DNA of 64,000 nucleotides from Nitrospirota bacterium. Lineage in GTDB: Bacteria; JACPQY01. The notes below the pieces were generated by a model. It saw only the letters and a program-made list of their open reading frames with translations, was not told where the DNA came from and did not search any database. Below, piece after piece: positions 46,717-56,973 of the stretch (its first letter is position 1; the number at the start of each line of letters is the position of its first letter). Location of the stretch: positions 124,001 through 188,000 of the forward strand of contig JACPAV010000003.1 in the NCBI GenBank assembly GCA_016180645.1, read 5' to 3'. The position numbers and the translations under genes were made by a program.

Positions 46717-47643
46717 GTGAAACCGGGAAAGATTGTGGCCATCCTCGTTGCCGCGGGAATCCTCGGCCTCGCCGGGTACCGCATTGTCGGACAGATCCGG
46801 AAGGGCAAAGCGCCCGCGGCGGACATGGCAGGGAAGTCCAAGGCCGTGCCCATCGCCGTCGCCACCGTGCAGAGGGTGGACATGGAGTCCATCCTCGAAC
46901 TCACGGGCGACGTCCGGGGCCTGAACGAAGCACGCGTGTTTCCCAAGGTGCCGGGGAAGCTGATGCGCCGGGTGAAAGACGTGGGGGATACCGTACGGAA
47001 AGGCGAGACCCTAGTCATGGTGGACCGGGACGAGCCCGCGCTCGAATTCGCTCCGGGAGAAGTCACCTCTCCACTCGATGGAGTCATCACACGCTATTTC
47101 GTCGACCGGGGTGAGCTGGTCTCGCCCGCCACCCCGATTGCCGAGGTCGCGGAGATCTCGCCCGTGAAGGTGCTTGTTCGAGTGGGGGAGCGTGAACTCC
47201 CCCGCGTTCGCATGGGGCAGTCGGCCCGGTTCCGGGTGGACGCCTATCCCGGCCAGATCTTTCGAGGGACGGTGGCGCAGATTTCCGAGGCGCTGGGACT
47301 GGGCTCGCGCGCATCCGACGTGGAGATCCATCTCATGAACCCGGACAAGAAACTGAAGCCGGGGATGTTCGCGCGGGTGGAGCTGATCCTCGACCGCCAT
47401 CCACACGCCCTGGCCGTTCCCGAGGAATCCCTGCTGGAAGTAGATGGCGAGAGTTTTGTGTACACCGTGCCCGACGGAATGGCCCGGAGGACCAGGGTGG
47501 AAATCGGTCTGCGTCAGTCGGGCCGGGTGGAAATCCTGAAGGGGCTCAGTGGGACGGAAAAAGTCGTCACCATCGGCTGGCAGAATCTGGCGGACGGCTC
47601 GGTGGTGGATGTGGTCGAAGAAGCGGAGGAGAATCAGCCTTGA
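46717..47643 (+). CDS. RND periplasmic adaptor (membrane fusion protein) lacking the alpha-helical hairpin
   Basis: V.PKVPG......VGD.V.KG..L runs almost directly into VTSPLDGVI; DAYPG..F.G, LKPGMFARV, VEILKGL. Confidence 0.85.
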   Translation: MKPGKIVAILVAAGILGLAGYRIVGQIRKGKAPAADMAGKSKAVPIAVATVQRVDMESILELTGDVRGLNEARVFPKVPGKLMRRVKDVGDTVRKGETLVMVDRDEPALEFAPGEVTSPLDGVITRYFVDRGELVSPATPIAEVAEISPVKVLVRVGERELPRVRMGQSARFRVDAYPGQIFRGTVAQISEALGLGSRASDVEIHLMNPDKKLKPGMFARVELILDRHPHALAVPEESLLEVDGESFVYTVPDGMARRTRVEIGLRQSGRVEILKGLSGTEKVVTIGWQNLADGSVVDVVEEAEENQP

Positions 47644-50600
47644 CTCTCCCGGATTTTGCCGTCAATCGTCCGGTGGCCGTCGCCATGCTTTATGTGGGAC
47701 TGCTGGTCCTGTCGGTTGTCTCCTTCCTGCGGATGAGGATCGAACTCATGCCGGACATCACGTTCCCCACGCTCGGCCTCATCACCAGCTACCCTGGCGC
47801 AAGCGCAGAGGAGGTCGAGCAGAAGATCACCCGTCTGGTCGAATCCCAGGTCTCCATCGTGCGAGGCATGAAAGAGATCCAGTCCATTTCAAAAGAAGGG
47901 ATATCGACGGTCCGCCTGAAATTCGACTGGGGGACCAACCTCGACGACGCCGCCAACGACGTGCGCGACCGGCTCGGCATTCTCAAGAACTTCCTTCCCG
48001 AAGGCGTGGACGAGCCGACGATCTTCCGGTTCGATCTGAAGGATCTTCCGGTTCTCATGATCGGCGCGCAGGCCGAGGAATCCTACCCGCGGCTGTTCCA
48101 CATCCTGGACTCGGAAGTGTCCGACATGGTGAAACGCGTGCCGGGCGTGGGCAACGTCTTCGTCCGCGGCGGACTCGTTCGGCAGGTGAACGTGAATGTG
48201 GACAGGCAGCGGCTGGAAGCCCACCGGCTCACGCTCCTCGATCTCGCGCGCTCACTTCAGGCCAACAACATCACCCTCCCGGCAGGCGACATCTCCGTCG
48301 GACGCACCAACTACCTGCTCCGGGTGCCGGGCGAATTCGAATCGCTCGATCAAATCGCGCGGATTCCCGTCGGCTACGCTCAGGGTCGGACTTTGACTCT
48401 GGACGACGTGGCCGCCGTGGAAGACGGCCATTTCGACGAAAAAGAACGGGTGGAGATCAAGGGCCGTACAGGCGCGATTTTCTTCATCCAGAAGAGATCC
48501 GAGGCCAACACCGTTGAGGTGGCCGCCGCCGTGAAGGCCAAACTTCCGGAGATTCAGGCTCGATTGCCGCGGGACGTGAAGCTCCAAGTACTCATCGACA
48601 ATTCGGTGAACGTCAAACGCAGCATCTACAACCTGCGCGAAGTGCTCTGGGTGGCGGTCGTGCTGATCGTCCTCGTCGTCCTGCTCTTTCTCCGGCAATG
48701 GCGGCCCGCCTTGATTGTGTGCACCTCGATCCCCGTTTCGCTCATCGACAGTTTCATGATCCAGTATTTCCTCGGCTACAGCATCAATTCGATCTCGCTC
48801 CTTGCGCTCACGATCGCGGTGGGTCTCGTGGTGGACGATGCCATCGTCGTGATGGAAAATCAGATCCGCCACCAGGATGAACTGAAGGAGCCGCCCCGAA
48901 TCGCGGCCGTCAACGCGGCCAAGGAGGTCTCCCTCGCGATCGTGGCCTCCACGTTCACGTCGTGCATCGTATTTCTCCCGGTCGTCTTCGTCGGCGGCGT
49001 GGCCGGCGTGCTGTTCAAATCCCTCGCCCTGGTCATCTGCGTCACCCTCCTCCTCTCGCTGTTCGACGCGCTGACGCTCAACCCCATGCTCGGCGCCCTG
49101 CTGTTGAAAGGGGCCAAGCCGTCCACGAACGGGTTCTACGCCCGAACGGAACGCTGGTTTGTCGCTTTGGGCCAATCCTATCGATCCGCCATCGGGTGGG
49201 CGCTGGACCATCGCAAAACCGTGCTCGCGTCGGCCACGGTGCTGTTCTTCGGCAGCGCCGGGCTGGTCCGTTTTGTCGGCACCGAGTTCTTCCCCGAGTC
49301 CGATCAGGGCCAGCTACAAGCGGAATTTCAGCTCCCCGTCGGAACGCGCGTGGAAGCAACGCATGACGCGATGAACCAGTTTGAACAGGTCTACAACACT
49401 GTGGTGAAGCCCGAGTGGTCGCAGAACTACTTCTGGCGGGACGGACTCAACCCGAGGATGGGATTCGGCGGATTCATGGGCATGCGGGAGGATTCGAACA
49501 TCGGTCGATTCCAGGCCGTCCTGGTGGAGAAATCGGAACGTCCCGTCGGCATGAAAGAGATCAACCAGAAGCTTCGGGAGGCCAGCGCGAGAATTCCCGG
49601 TCTCACCCGCGTCAATTTCTTCGCAGGGGATTTCATGAGCCGGATGCTGCTCGGGCGGGAGAAACCCCTGGCGGTGGACGTGTTCGGTTACGACCTCGGA
49701 AGGATGCACGACGTGGCGCGGAAGGTTGAATCCGCCCTGAAGACCACTCCAGGGATAGCCGATGCGAGCATTTCGCTCGATCTAAGGCGCCCGGAATATC
49801 ACGTGGTGGTCGATCGCGCGAAGGCGGCCGCCCTCGGGATTCCCGTGAAGGACGTGGCCGATACGTTCAAGCTCGGCTTCTCCCAATCCCGCGCGAGCAT
49901 CTACCGGGAGTTGGGCGAGGAGTACGACATCGTCATCCGGATGCGGGAGGAGGATCGACGCGACGAGCCGGACCTGACGGGACTGTTCGTGCGCTCGCCG
50001 GGCGGCGATCTCATCCGTCTCTCCAACCTCGCGCAATTCGAGAAGACCACGGGCCCGATCGAGATCGAACGGCAGGATCAGCAGCGGGTTATCCACGTCG
50101 AAGCCAACATCCAGGGAAGTTCCATCGGCCAGCTCGCCGCCAAGGTTCAAGAGAAGCTCGACCGCATCCCGCTGCCGCCGGGCGTGGTGGTGGCCATCGG
50201 CGGTTCGGTGAAAGAGCAGAAGGAATCCTTCCGCCTTCTGGGTCTGGCCCTCATCCTCGGCGTGCTCCTCACGTTCATGGTCATGGCGGCCCAATTCGAG
50301 TCCCTCCGGGCGCCGTTCGTGATCATGTTCTCCGTGCCCTTTGGTTTCGTCGGGGCCGTCTGGATGTTTCTCCTGACAGGCTTCCACCTGAACGTCTCAA
50401 CCTTCATCGGGCTGATCATGATGGTGGGTCTGGTCGTGAAGAACGCCATCGTGTATCTGGACTACGCCATGAAGAAGGAACGCGAGGGCCTCCCTCTCCG
50501 GGAGGCGTTGATCGAGGCGGGCCGCGTGCGGCTCCGGCCGATCCTGATGACCGCATGCGCGATGATTTTCGGCCTGCTCCCCATGGCGCTGTCCACCCGC

Positions 50601-50741
50601 GAGGGATCCGAAACATGGCAGCCGCTCTCGCTCACCGTCATCGGCGGGCTGATCGTGTCCACCGCGGTGACCCTGATCCTGATTCCGACGCTCTATTACT
50701 CGATTTCCGGGCGGAAACGGAGATCGGCGCCCACCGCATGA
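47640..50741 (+). CDS. RND efflux permease (AcrB/SwrC-like)
   Basis: RPVAV.M, YPGASAEEVE..IT, GLVVDDAIVVMEN, GLVVKNAI, R.RPILMT, PMAL. Confidence 0.95.
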   Translation: MTLPDFAVNRPVAVAMLYVGLLVLSVVSFLRMRIELMPDITFPTLGLITSYPGASAEEVEQKITRLVESQVSIVRGMKEIQSISKEGISTVRLKFDWGTNLDDAANDVRDRLGILKNFLPEGVDEPTIFRFDLKDLPVLMIGAQAEESYPRLFHILDSEVSDMVKRVPGVGNVFVRGGLVRQVNVNVDRQRLEAHRLTLLDLARSLQANNITLPAGDISVGRTNYLLRVPGEFESLDQIARIPVGYAQGRTLTLDDVAAVEDGHFDEKERVEIKGRTGAIFFIQKRSEANTVEVAAAVKAKLPEIQARLPRDVKLQVLIDNSVNVKRSIYNLREVLWVAVVLIVLVVLLFLRQWRPALIVCTSIPVSLIDSFMIQYFLGYSINSISLLALTIAVGLVVDDAIVVMENQIRHQDELKEPPRIAAVNAAKEVSLAIVASTFTSCIVFLPVVFVGGVAGVLFKSLALVICVTLLLSLFDALTLNPMLGALLLKGAKPSTNGFYARTERWFVALGQSYRSAIGWALDHRKTVLASATVLFFGSAGLVRFVGTEFFPESDQGQLQAEFQLPVGTRVEATHDAMNQFEQVYNTVVKPEWSQNYFWRDGLNPRMGFGGFMGMREDSNIGRFQAVLVEKSERPVGMKEINQKLREASARIPGLTRVNFFAGDFMSRMLLGREKPLAVDVFGYDLGRMHDVARKVESALKTTPGIADASISLDLRRPEYHVVVDRAKAAALGIPVKDVADTFKLGFSQSRASIYRELGEEYDIVIRMREEDRRDEPDLTGLFVRSPGGDLIRLSNLAQFEKTTGPIEIERQDQQRVIHVEANIQGSSIGQLAAKVQEKLDRIPLPPGVVVAIGGSVKEQKESFRLLGLALILGVLLTFMVMAAQFESLRAPFVIMFSVPFGFVGAVWMFLLTGFHLNVSTFIGLIMMVGLVVKNAIVYLDYAMKKEREGLPLREALIEAGRVRLRPILMTACAMIFGLLPMALSTREGSETWQPLSLTVIGGLIVSTAVTLILIPTLYYSISGRKRRSAPTA

Positions 50742-52516
50742 GAGGTCATTCGAGCAATCTCCAGATGAGACACGCAATGACCAAGGGCCGCAGGCATAAA
50801 GCCTGCGCCTACCACTGGGGAATGCGTGCTCCGGTAGCCGCGGGCCATGTTCCATGCCGCACCGTCCATGGTGCGGCGACATATCATGGTCCCATACCCT
50901 CCGTGGCATGGGGCTTTAGCCCGCGTCTTTGCAGCGGGCTCTCGTTCTTGGCTATTGCCGCTTGGGGCGTGTTGTCTGCCCCACCCTTCACCTTCGCCCT
51001 TGATCTCGAGGAGGCCCTCCGCGAGGCCCGCAAGAATGCCGTGGAAATCGAGGAACCCCAGGCGGAACTGGAGCGGGCCAAGGCGGACGTTCGCGGCGTT
51101 CGAGCCATGTACGATTGGACGTTGTTCGGAAACTCCCGTTGGGCACAGGATCGCAGCGAACAAGCTTCGGCTTTCGCCGGCGACCGCCGGGACCAAGCCG
51201 TGGGCGAATTCGGCGCGCGTCGTCTGCTTCCCTCCGCCACGTTCTTCCAGGCGAGCGTGAAGCATCAGAGGGACTTCACGAAATTCCCGGCGATATCCGC
51301 AGTCGCGGGAGCCGACATTCCCGGCGGCGGGGGTGGCGCCACCGATTCCGCCCTTCCGACCGATGCGGCAGCGGCCGGCAACGGAGCCGGCTCGGTCTCC
51401 TCCCAAGCGCCCCCGATCCTCGATCCCTCGAAGTTCCAGACCTTCAATCCCGCCTATGGGACGCGGGCGGATTTCATCATCAAACAGCCCCTTTGGCGGA
51501 ATTGGCTCGGCCGGGAGCTCCGACTACAGGAAGAAGTGGCCGGTATCGGGACGGTTCAGCCCGAGTACGATCGGCGAATCCGGTTGATTGCCGTCCAGGC
51601 CGAGACCGAGCAACTCTTCTGGGCCCTGGCGGGACTCGAGGCCCACATCGGCCTCACGCAAACGCTTCTCGACAAGTCCCGCCGCTTCGCCGATCTCATG
51701 CGCAAACGAACCGCGCTCGGGAGATCGGACGAAGTAGACGTAGCCACCGCGGACGCCGCCGTTATCGCCATGGAAGGAAATCTTCTGAACCTCGAAACGG
51801 CCGCCGACGATGTGCGGCACAGGCTGGCCATCCGCCTTGGGTCCTCGATGGATTTCGCAGACATCCGGACACCCTCTGAATCGCTAACCCGGACTCCTCT
51901 GGCCTCTCCCGCCGGTTCTTCAAAGGAGGCCAAGGATTCCGCACTGAAGACCCGGCAGGACTTGGCCTTGATCGCCGCCATGCGTCGATCGCTGGGTTCC
52001 CACACGGCCCTTGCCAATGAACAACAGAAGCCTGGAGTGTCGCTGATCGGGTCGATGGCCACGTCGGGATTGGAAGGTGACGCCGCGCCGTCCCTCGGCG
52101 ATTCTGTCGACGACCCGCGGCATCTGACCTACTTCGTGGGATTGGAGTTCGAGATGAATCTGGATCGAACCGGCCCCCGCTCCAAGCGGGAATCGGTGTC
52201 CGCGCAGATTGCGGCTCTGAGCGCTCGCGCCCGCACGATTGAGCGGGATGCAAATCGCGAGATCGAACTCGCCTTCCAGGCCCTCGATTCCGCCGCCCGG
52301 AAGAAAGAGCTGGCCGAACGGCACATCCGAATCCTCGAAGAAAAAGTGCGGGCGGAGCGGGAGAAGTTCCAGCAGGCCAGGAGCGAGGAGGTCGTCGTCC
52401 TCCGCTATGAGATGGAAGTGCTCGGCGCGGAGGCCGATCGGATCACCGCCCTAAGAGAGGCGCGTGAGGCGGAAGCACGACTGCGGCTCGCCCTCCACGC
52501 CTACCCCACGGAATAG
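50738..52516 (+). CDS. TolC-family outer membrane protein 2 (start 50738 by ATGA coupling, or GTG 50903)
   Basis: Signal ending FTFA-LDLEEAL; KQPLWRN.LG, E.EKF...RS....LRYE; helical heptads; directly upstream of RND2. Confidence 0.75.
   Translation: MRGHSSNLQMRHAMTKGRRHKACAYHWGMRAPVAAGHVPCRTVHGAATYHGPIPSVAWGFSPRLCSGLSFLAIAAWGVLSAPPFTFALDLEEALREARKNAVEIEEPQAELERAKADVRGVRAMYDWTLFGNSRWAQDRSEQASAFAGDRRDQAVGEFGARRLLPSATFFQASVKHQRDFTKFPAISAVAGADIPGGGGGATDSALPTDAAAAGNGAGSVSSQAPPILDPSKFQTFNPAYGTRADFIIKQPLWRNWLGRELRLQEEVAGIGTVQPEYDRRIRLIAVQAETEQLFWALAGLEAHIGLTQTLLDKSRRFADLMRKRTALGRSDEVDVATADAAVIAMEGNLLNLETAADDVRHRLAIRLGSSMDFADIRTPSESLTRTPLASPAGSSKEAKDSALKTRQDLALIAAMRRSLGSHTALANEQQKPGVSLIGSMATSGLEGDAAPSLGDSVDDPRHLTYFVGLEFEMNLDRTGPRSKRESVSAQIAALSARARTIERDANREIELAFQALDSAARKKELAERHIRILEEKVRAEREKFQQARSEEVVVLRYEMEVLGAEADRITALREAREAEARLRLALHAYPTE
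50785..50925. repeat. Cluster of degenerate GTAG-type REP-like hairpins
   Basis: Minus-strand GTAGGCGCAGGCTTTATGCCTGCG (50812-50789), GTAGCCGCGGGC (50834) and GTGGCATGGGGCTTTAGCCCGCG (50903). Confidence 0.55.
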
Positions 52517-52519
52517 GTC

Positions 52520-55500
52520 ATGCGTTTCGTCCAATTCACCCTCAAGCATTCGCTCCTGTTCAACCTGCTGACAGCCCTGGTCGTCGCCGTCGGACTCATC
52601 AAGACGTTCCAGATGCGGCGTGAGGCCTTCCCCGCGGTGGATTTCGACGTCGTCTTCATCCAAACGCCGTACCCGGGCGCGAGCCCCCAAGAGGTGGAAC
52701 AGTATGTCACCGATCCCATCGAGGACGAAGTCGGACGCGTGGACGGCATCGAAGAACTCAACAGCTTCAGCGTCGAAGCGTTCAGCCTCATCTTCGTCCG
52801 CCTCGATCCCGATCTGAGCGAATCCGACAAGGACAAGGCCGTGACGGAAATCCAGCGGGCGGTGGACCGAGTGCGCGATCTCCCCCGGGATCTGCCCGAG
52901 CAGCCCCTCGTGAAAGAGATGAAGAGCGGCGACCAACCGATCATCGAAGTCGCCCTCTCGGGTGAGGTGCCCTACGCGCGACTTCACGAACTCTCGGACC
53001 GGTTGGCCGACCGAATCGAGGAACTTGAAGACGTGCAGGAAGTCCAGAAGCTCGGCTACCGGGAGAAGGAATTCTGGCTCGAGGTGGATCCAAAGAAGTT
53101 GGAGCACTACAACATCAGCCTCGGTTTCATTATCGGCACACTGGCGACGAGAAACGTGAGCCTCCCCGGCGGAGCGCTGAAATCCCCCGAAGGCGAATGG
53201 CTCGTCCGCACCCTGGGCGAAGTTCACCGGGCGGCCGAGATTGAGAACATCCTCCTCCGGGTGAACGACGCCGGAATCGGGATCCGGGTGAAGGACGTCG
53301 CCCGCGTCCGCGACACCTTCGAAGAAATCACCCGGGCCAACCGGACGAACGGGCACGAGTCCATCAACCTCTGGGTCCTGAAGGCCAAGGACGGGGACAT
53401 CATCCGCATGGTGGACCAGGTGAAAGAGGTGGCCGACGATTTCGCGAAGACCGCCGGCGAGCCGAAACTCAAGATCGACTACATCAACGACATCAGCATC
53501 TTCGTTCGCAACCGGCTCCAGGTGCTCATCAGCAATGCTCTTTTCGGTTTGGTTCTCGTTCTGATCTGCCTTCTGATTTCCATGTCGAAGAGCATCGCCC
53601 TTGTCACCGCCTGGGGCATCCCCGTGGCCGTCCTGGGCACGATGATGATCATGGGATATACAGGACTCACGGTCAACCTCATCACCATGGTCGGCCTTGT
53701 CATCGTCGTCGGCATGCTCGTGGACGACGGCATCATCGTCGCCGAGAACATCTGGACCCACTATGAGCGGGGGGAGTCCGCCCGGGACGCGGTGGTGAAC
53801 GGGACCAGCGAAGTGATCTGGCCGGTTACGTCCACGGTGCTGACCACGATCGCGGCGTTCCTGCCCCTCATGATGGTCTCAGGGATTTTCGGCAAGTTTC
53901 TCTCGAGCATGCCGAAGGTGGTCATGATCACCCTCTGCGTCAGCATGATCGAGGCCTTCGTTGCCCTGCCCTCCCACAGTTACAACATTCTGAGAGTGCG
54001 CGATTGGTGGTATCGGCGAAAGAACGCTTCTCCGGCCCTAGGCCCCGCCCCTGTAAAGCATTCGCGTGTGTTCGATACCCTCACCGAAGCCTACGGGAGC
54101 GTGCTCGCCGCATGCTTGAGGCTCCGCTACCTCCTCGTTTCCGCTCTCGTCGTTCTCCTGCTGTTCAGCCTCTGGTTCGCCCGGGAGAAGATGAAATTCA
54201 TCCTGTTCCCGGCGGAGGGCATTGAGATCTTCTTCGTAAGAGCCGACTTGCCGTTGGGAACTTCACTCGAAGAAACTTCGGAAAAGTTCCGGACGCTTGA
54301 GGCCGTCGTCCAATCCCTGCCCCCCGAGGAACTGAGCAGTTTCGTGACGCACATCGGCATCCAGCAGAACGACCCGAATGATCCCTTTACGCATCGAGGG
54401 AGCTACCTCGGGCAGATGGTGGCCTTCCTCACGCCGGAAAAGGACCGGACGCGGACGGCGGATGAAATTGTGGAAGCCCTTCGGCCGAGTGCCGAGGCCA
54501 CCGCAAAGCAGGAAGGATTCACCCGGCTGGTCTTCGAGCGGGCGCACACCGGCCCACCGGTCGGCAAACCCGTCGCCGTGCGCCTCAAGGGCGACGATCT
54601 GGGGATGCTCGATCGCGTCGCCGATGACGTCATGGTCCTTCTCGCGAAGACGCCCGGAGTGAGGGACGCGGACAAGAGTTACAAGCCGGGCAAGAAGGAG
54701 CTTCAGGTTATCGTCGACGAGGAGGCCGCCGCCCGTTCACTCCTCACCGTCCAGCAGATCGCGCTGCACGTGCAGGCGGCCCTCGGTGGGGCGGTCGCCA
54801 CGACGATCCGGGAAGGCGGGGATCGAATCGACCTCCGCGTTCGTTACAAGGAGGAGGAGCGGAAACGGATCGCGAGCCTCTCCAAACTGTCCATTCCCAA
54901 CGCCATGGGCCAATTGGTTCCGCTGGCAACCGTGGCGCGCCTCCAGCGAACCACCGGCATCAACTCCATCAGCCACCGCGACGAGAAGCGAACCATAACG
55001 GTTTCCGCCGGGATCGACGAAAAGGCCACCACCAGCGAACTCGTCAACAAGCAGATCGCGCCACTCTTGAAGGAGATGGAAGTTCGGAATCCCGGACTGA
55101 TCGTGGAGGCCGGGGGCGAGTGGGAGGACACAGCGAAAAGCCTGGAGAGTCTCCGGGAAGCTTTTCTCGTCGCACTGGCGCTGATTTTCATCATCCTTGC
55201 CACTCAGTTCAAGAGCCTCACCCAGCCGTTCGTCGTGATGTCGACCATCCCTTTCGGGGTCATCGGCGTCATCTGGGCGTTTTACGCACACGACCTGCCG
55301 TTGAGCTTCATGGGTTTGATTGGAACGATTGGCCTTGCGGGGGTGGTGGTGAATGACGCCATCGTGCTCGTGAGTTTCCTCAACGACCTACGCGCGGAAG
55401 GCATGAACCCATTTGATGCCGCGGTGGCCGCGGGCAAGCGGCGCTGGCGGGCCGTCTGGCTCACGACGATAACGACCGTGGCCGGCCTTCTGCCCCTCGT

Positions 55501-55669
55501 CTACGGCATCGGCGGTTCCGACAAATTCCTTCGGCCTTCCGTCCTCGCCCTCGGCTACGGCCTTCTCTTCGCGACCATCCTGACGCTCTTCTTCATCCCC
55601 TGCGTCTACCTCATCCGGCTGGACGTGGGGAACCTCCTGCTGAGAGTTCTCGGACGCTCAAGGAGCTGA
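52520..55669 (+). CDS. RND transporter permease 2
   Basis: RREAFP.VD, YPGASPQEVE..VT.PIED, GMLVDDGIIVAENI, GVVVNDAIVLV, R.RAV.LTTITT..GLLP. Confidence 0.93.
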   Translation: MRFVQFTLKHSLLFNLLTALVVAVGLIKTFQMRREAFPAVDFDVVFIQTPYPGASPQEVEQYVTDPIEDEVGRVDGIEELNSFSVEAFSLIFVRLDPDLSESDKDKAVTEIQRAVDRVRDLPRDLPEQPLVKEMKSGDQPIIEVALSGEVPYARLHELSDRLADRIEELEDVQEVQKLGYREKEFWLEVDPKKLEHYNISLGFIIGTLATRNVSLPGGALKSPEGEWLVRTLGEVHRAAEIENILLRVNDAGIGIRVKDVARVRDTFEEITRANRTNGHESINLWVLKAKDGDIIRMVDQVKEVADDFAKTAGEPKLKIDYINDISIFVRNRLQVLISNALFGLVLVLICLLISMSKSIALVTAWGIPVAVLGTMMIMGYTGLTVNLITMVGLVIVVGMLVDDGIIVAENIWTHYERGESARDAVVNGTSEVIWPVTSTVLTTIAAFLPLMMVSGIFGKFLSSMPKVVMITLCVSMIEAFVALPSHSYNILRVRDWWYRRKNASPALGPAPVKHSRVFDTLTEAYGSVLAACLRLRYLLVSALVVLLLFSLWFAREKMKFILFPAEGIEIFFVRADLPLGTSLEETSEKFRTLEAVVQSLPPEELSSFVTHIGIQQNDPNDPFTHRGSYLGQMVAFLTPEKDRTRTADEIVEALRPSAEATAKQEGFTRLVFERAHTGPPVGKPVAVRLKGDDLGMLDRVADDVMVLLAKTPGVRDADKSYKPGKKELQVIVDEEAAARSLLTVQQIALHVQAALGGAVATTIREGGDRIDLRVRYKEEERKRIASLSKLSIPNAMGQLVPLATVARLQRTTGINSISHRDEKRTITVSAGIDEKATTSELVNKQIAPLLKEMEVRNPGLIVEAGGEWEDTAKSLESLREAFLVALALIFIILATQFKSLTQPFVVMSTIPFGVIGVIWAFYAHDLPLSFMGLIGTIGLAGVVVNDAIVLVSFLNDLRAEGMNPFDAAVAAGKRRWRAVWLTTITTVAGLLPLVYGIGGSDKFLRPSVLALGYGLLFATILTLFFIPCVYLIRLDVGNLLLRVLGRSRS

Positions 55670-55717
55670 CCATCGGCGTTTTGACACAAACACGGGTCAG
55701 TGGAACAATGAGAAACC

Positions 55718-56137
55718 ATGGGGAGCAAGATTCGAAGCACGAATGGTTTCGAGGAAGCGTTCCGATACTACCGGAATGCCCGTGGGCTCCTCGCCCGGTG
55801 CGAGGTCAAGGACGACATCTACTCTGATATCAAGCCCGTCCAGGAGGCGTTCGGCACGGCGTGGCTGGCCATCGACAAGGCGATTAAGGCCGCTCTGTTG
55901 GAGAAGGGACTCCCTCCGAACAAGATACCCCGCTCTTGGGACGGGATTCGGGAAAACGTTGCGCGGCGACTGGCCTACCAGAACGGCAGGCTCATGAAAC
56001 TTCTGAACACCGCCTACGACATGGTCCATCTCGGCGGGTACTATTGGGGGGATTTCAAGACCCCTGCGGCGGCCAAGGCCGCTTTCGACGTGGCCCGCCG
56101 CGCGATCGAAACCCTCTCCGGCCGGAAGATCGGGTAG
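55718..56137 (+). CDS. DUF5618-like (HEPN-fold-like) protein
   Basis: EA.RY..NA...L......Y.D.K.V..A.GTA, AYD.VHL.GYY.G; own promoter-like TTGACA(55681)-17-AACAAT. Confidence 0.65.
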   Translation: MGSKIRSTNGFEEAFRYYRNARGLLARCEVKDDIYSDIKPVQEAFGTAWLAIDKAIKAALLEKGLPPNKIPRSWDGIRENVARRLAYQNGRLMKLLNTAYDMVHLGGYYWGDFKTPAAAKAAFDVARRAIETLSGRKIG

Positions 56138-56173
56138 AAGCGAAGGCGCAGAATCCGGTGGCATGGGAGCGAC

Positions 56174-56902
56174 GTGATGACGCATGATCGCCTTTTTGGC
56201 CGGGCGGCATGGGGCTTCACCTTGGTCATTCTCACACTCGGCTCATGCGGACAGAAGGCACAAGTGCTTGAGCCCGGATTGGACGAGAATCCGGAGTGTC
56301 CGATGAAAGAGTTTTTTCCGATTGAGGACTCAGCGGGAAATCCACTGGTTCTGAAGATGATCGCGAGCGCGAGGTGCCCCCAGGGAGAAACACGTTGGTG
56401 TCACAATCACAAGGATGAAGTAGCCCAGACAGGATTGCGCCGAGGTAATGGCCCACTTTTCCATCACGTCAGTTGGGGCGACTCCATCTCCACATACTGG
56501 AACTCGCAAGGCCTTGTCATCGGATTTGGAGAAGGTTGGGAGTCTTACGGTATCGATCCAATTCGTTGGCTGGTTCTCCCCTGCTCCACACGACGGGGAT
56601 CGCTGCATGAGTTCAGCTCGGGTCAGATCAACCTGTTTCCGTTCTCCGTGAACTTTAGGATGGAAATCACTGCTACGTCATCGGAAACGGTGACGATTCA
56701 AGAGATCTTCACGCAGGACCGCGAATCGACCCATGTTGAGCACTCAGGTGAACTCATCCTGAAATTGGGCAAAGGTCCGGTCAGATTCAGCGGCCAGACA
56801 TTCGAGTGGTTCGGAGGGGAATTGAAAACGGACCAGCAGGTTTGGGTCGAGTTCGAAAACATTACCGGCCGTCCCTTCGATCCGCGGATCGAGACATTCT
56901 GA
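56174..56902 (+). CDS. Hypothetical lipoprotein
   Basis: Signal with LGSC lipobox; beta-rich body; no recognised family. Confidence 0.55.
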   Translation: MMTHDRLFGRAAWGFTLVILTLGSCGQKAQVLEPGLDENPECPMKEFFPIEDSAGNPLVLKMIASARCPQGETRWCHNHKDEVAQTGLRRGNGPLFHHVSWGDSISTYWNSQGLVIGFGEGWESYGIDPIRWLVLPCSTRRGSLHEFSSGQINLFPFSVNFRMEITATSSETVTIQEIFTQDRESTHVEHSGELILKLGKGPVRFSGQTFEWFGGELKTDQQVWVEFENITGRPFDPRIETF

Positions 56903-56973
56903 AGGAGCCGAAGAATCCAGGGGAACCCGGTCACTGGTGCACACTGCCTAGGTGCTCATTCGCACGAGAGGTG

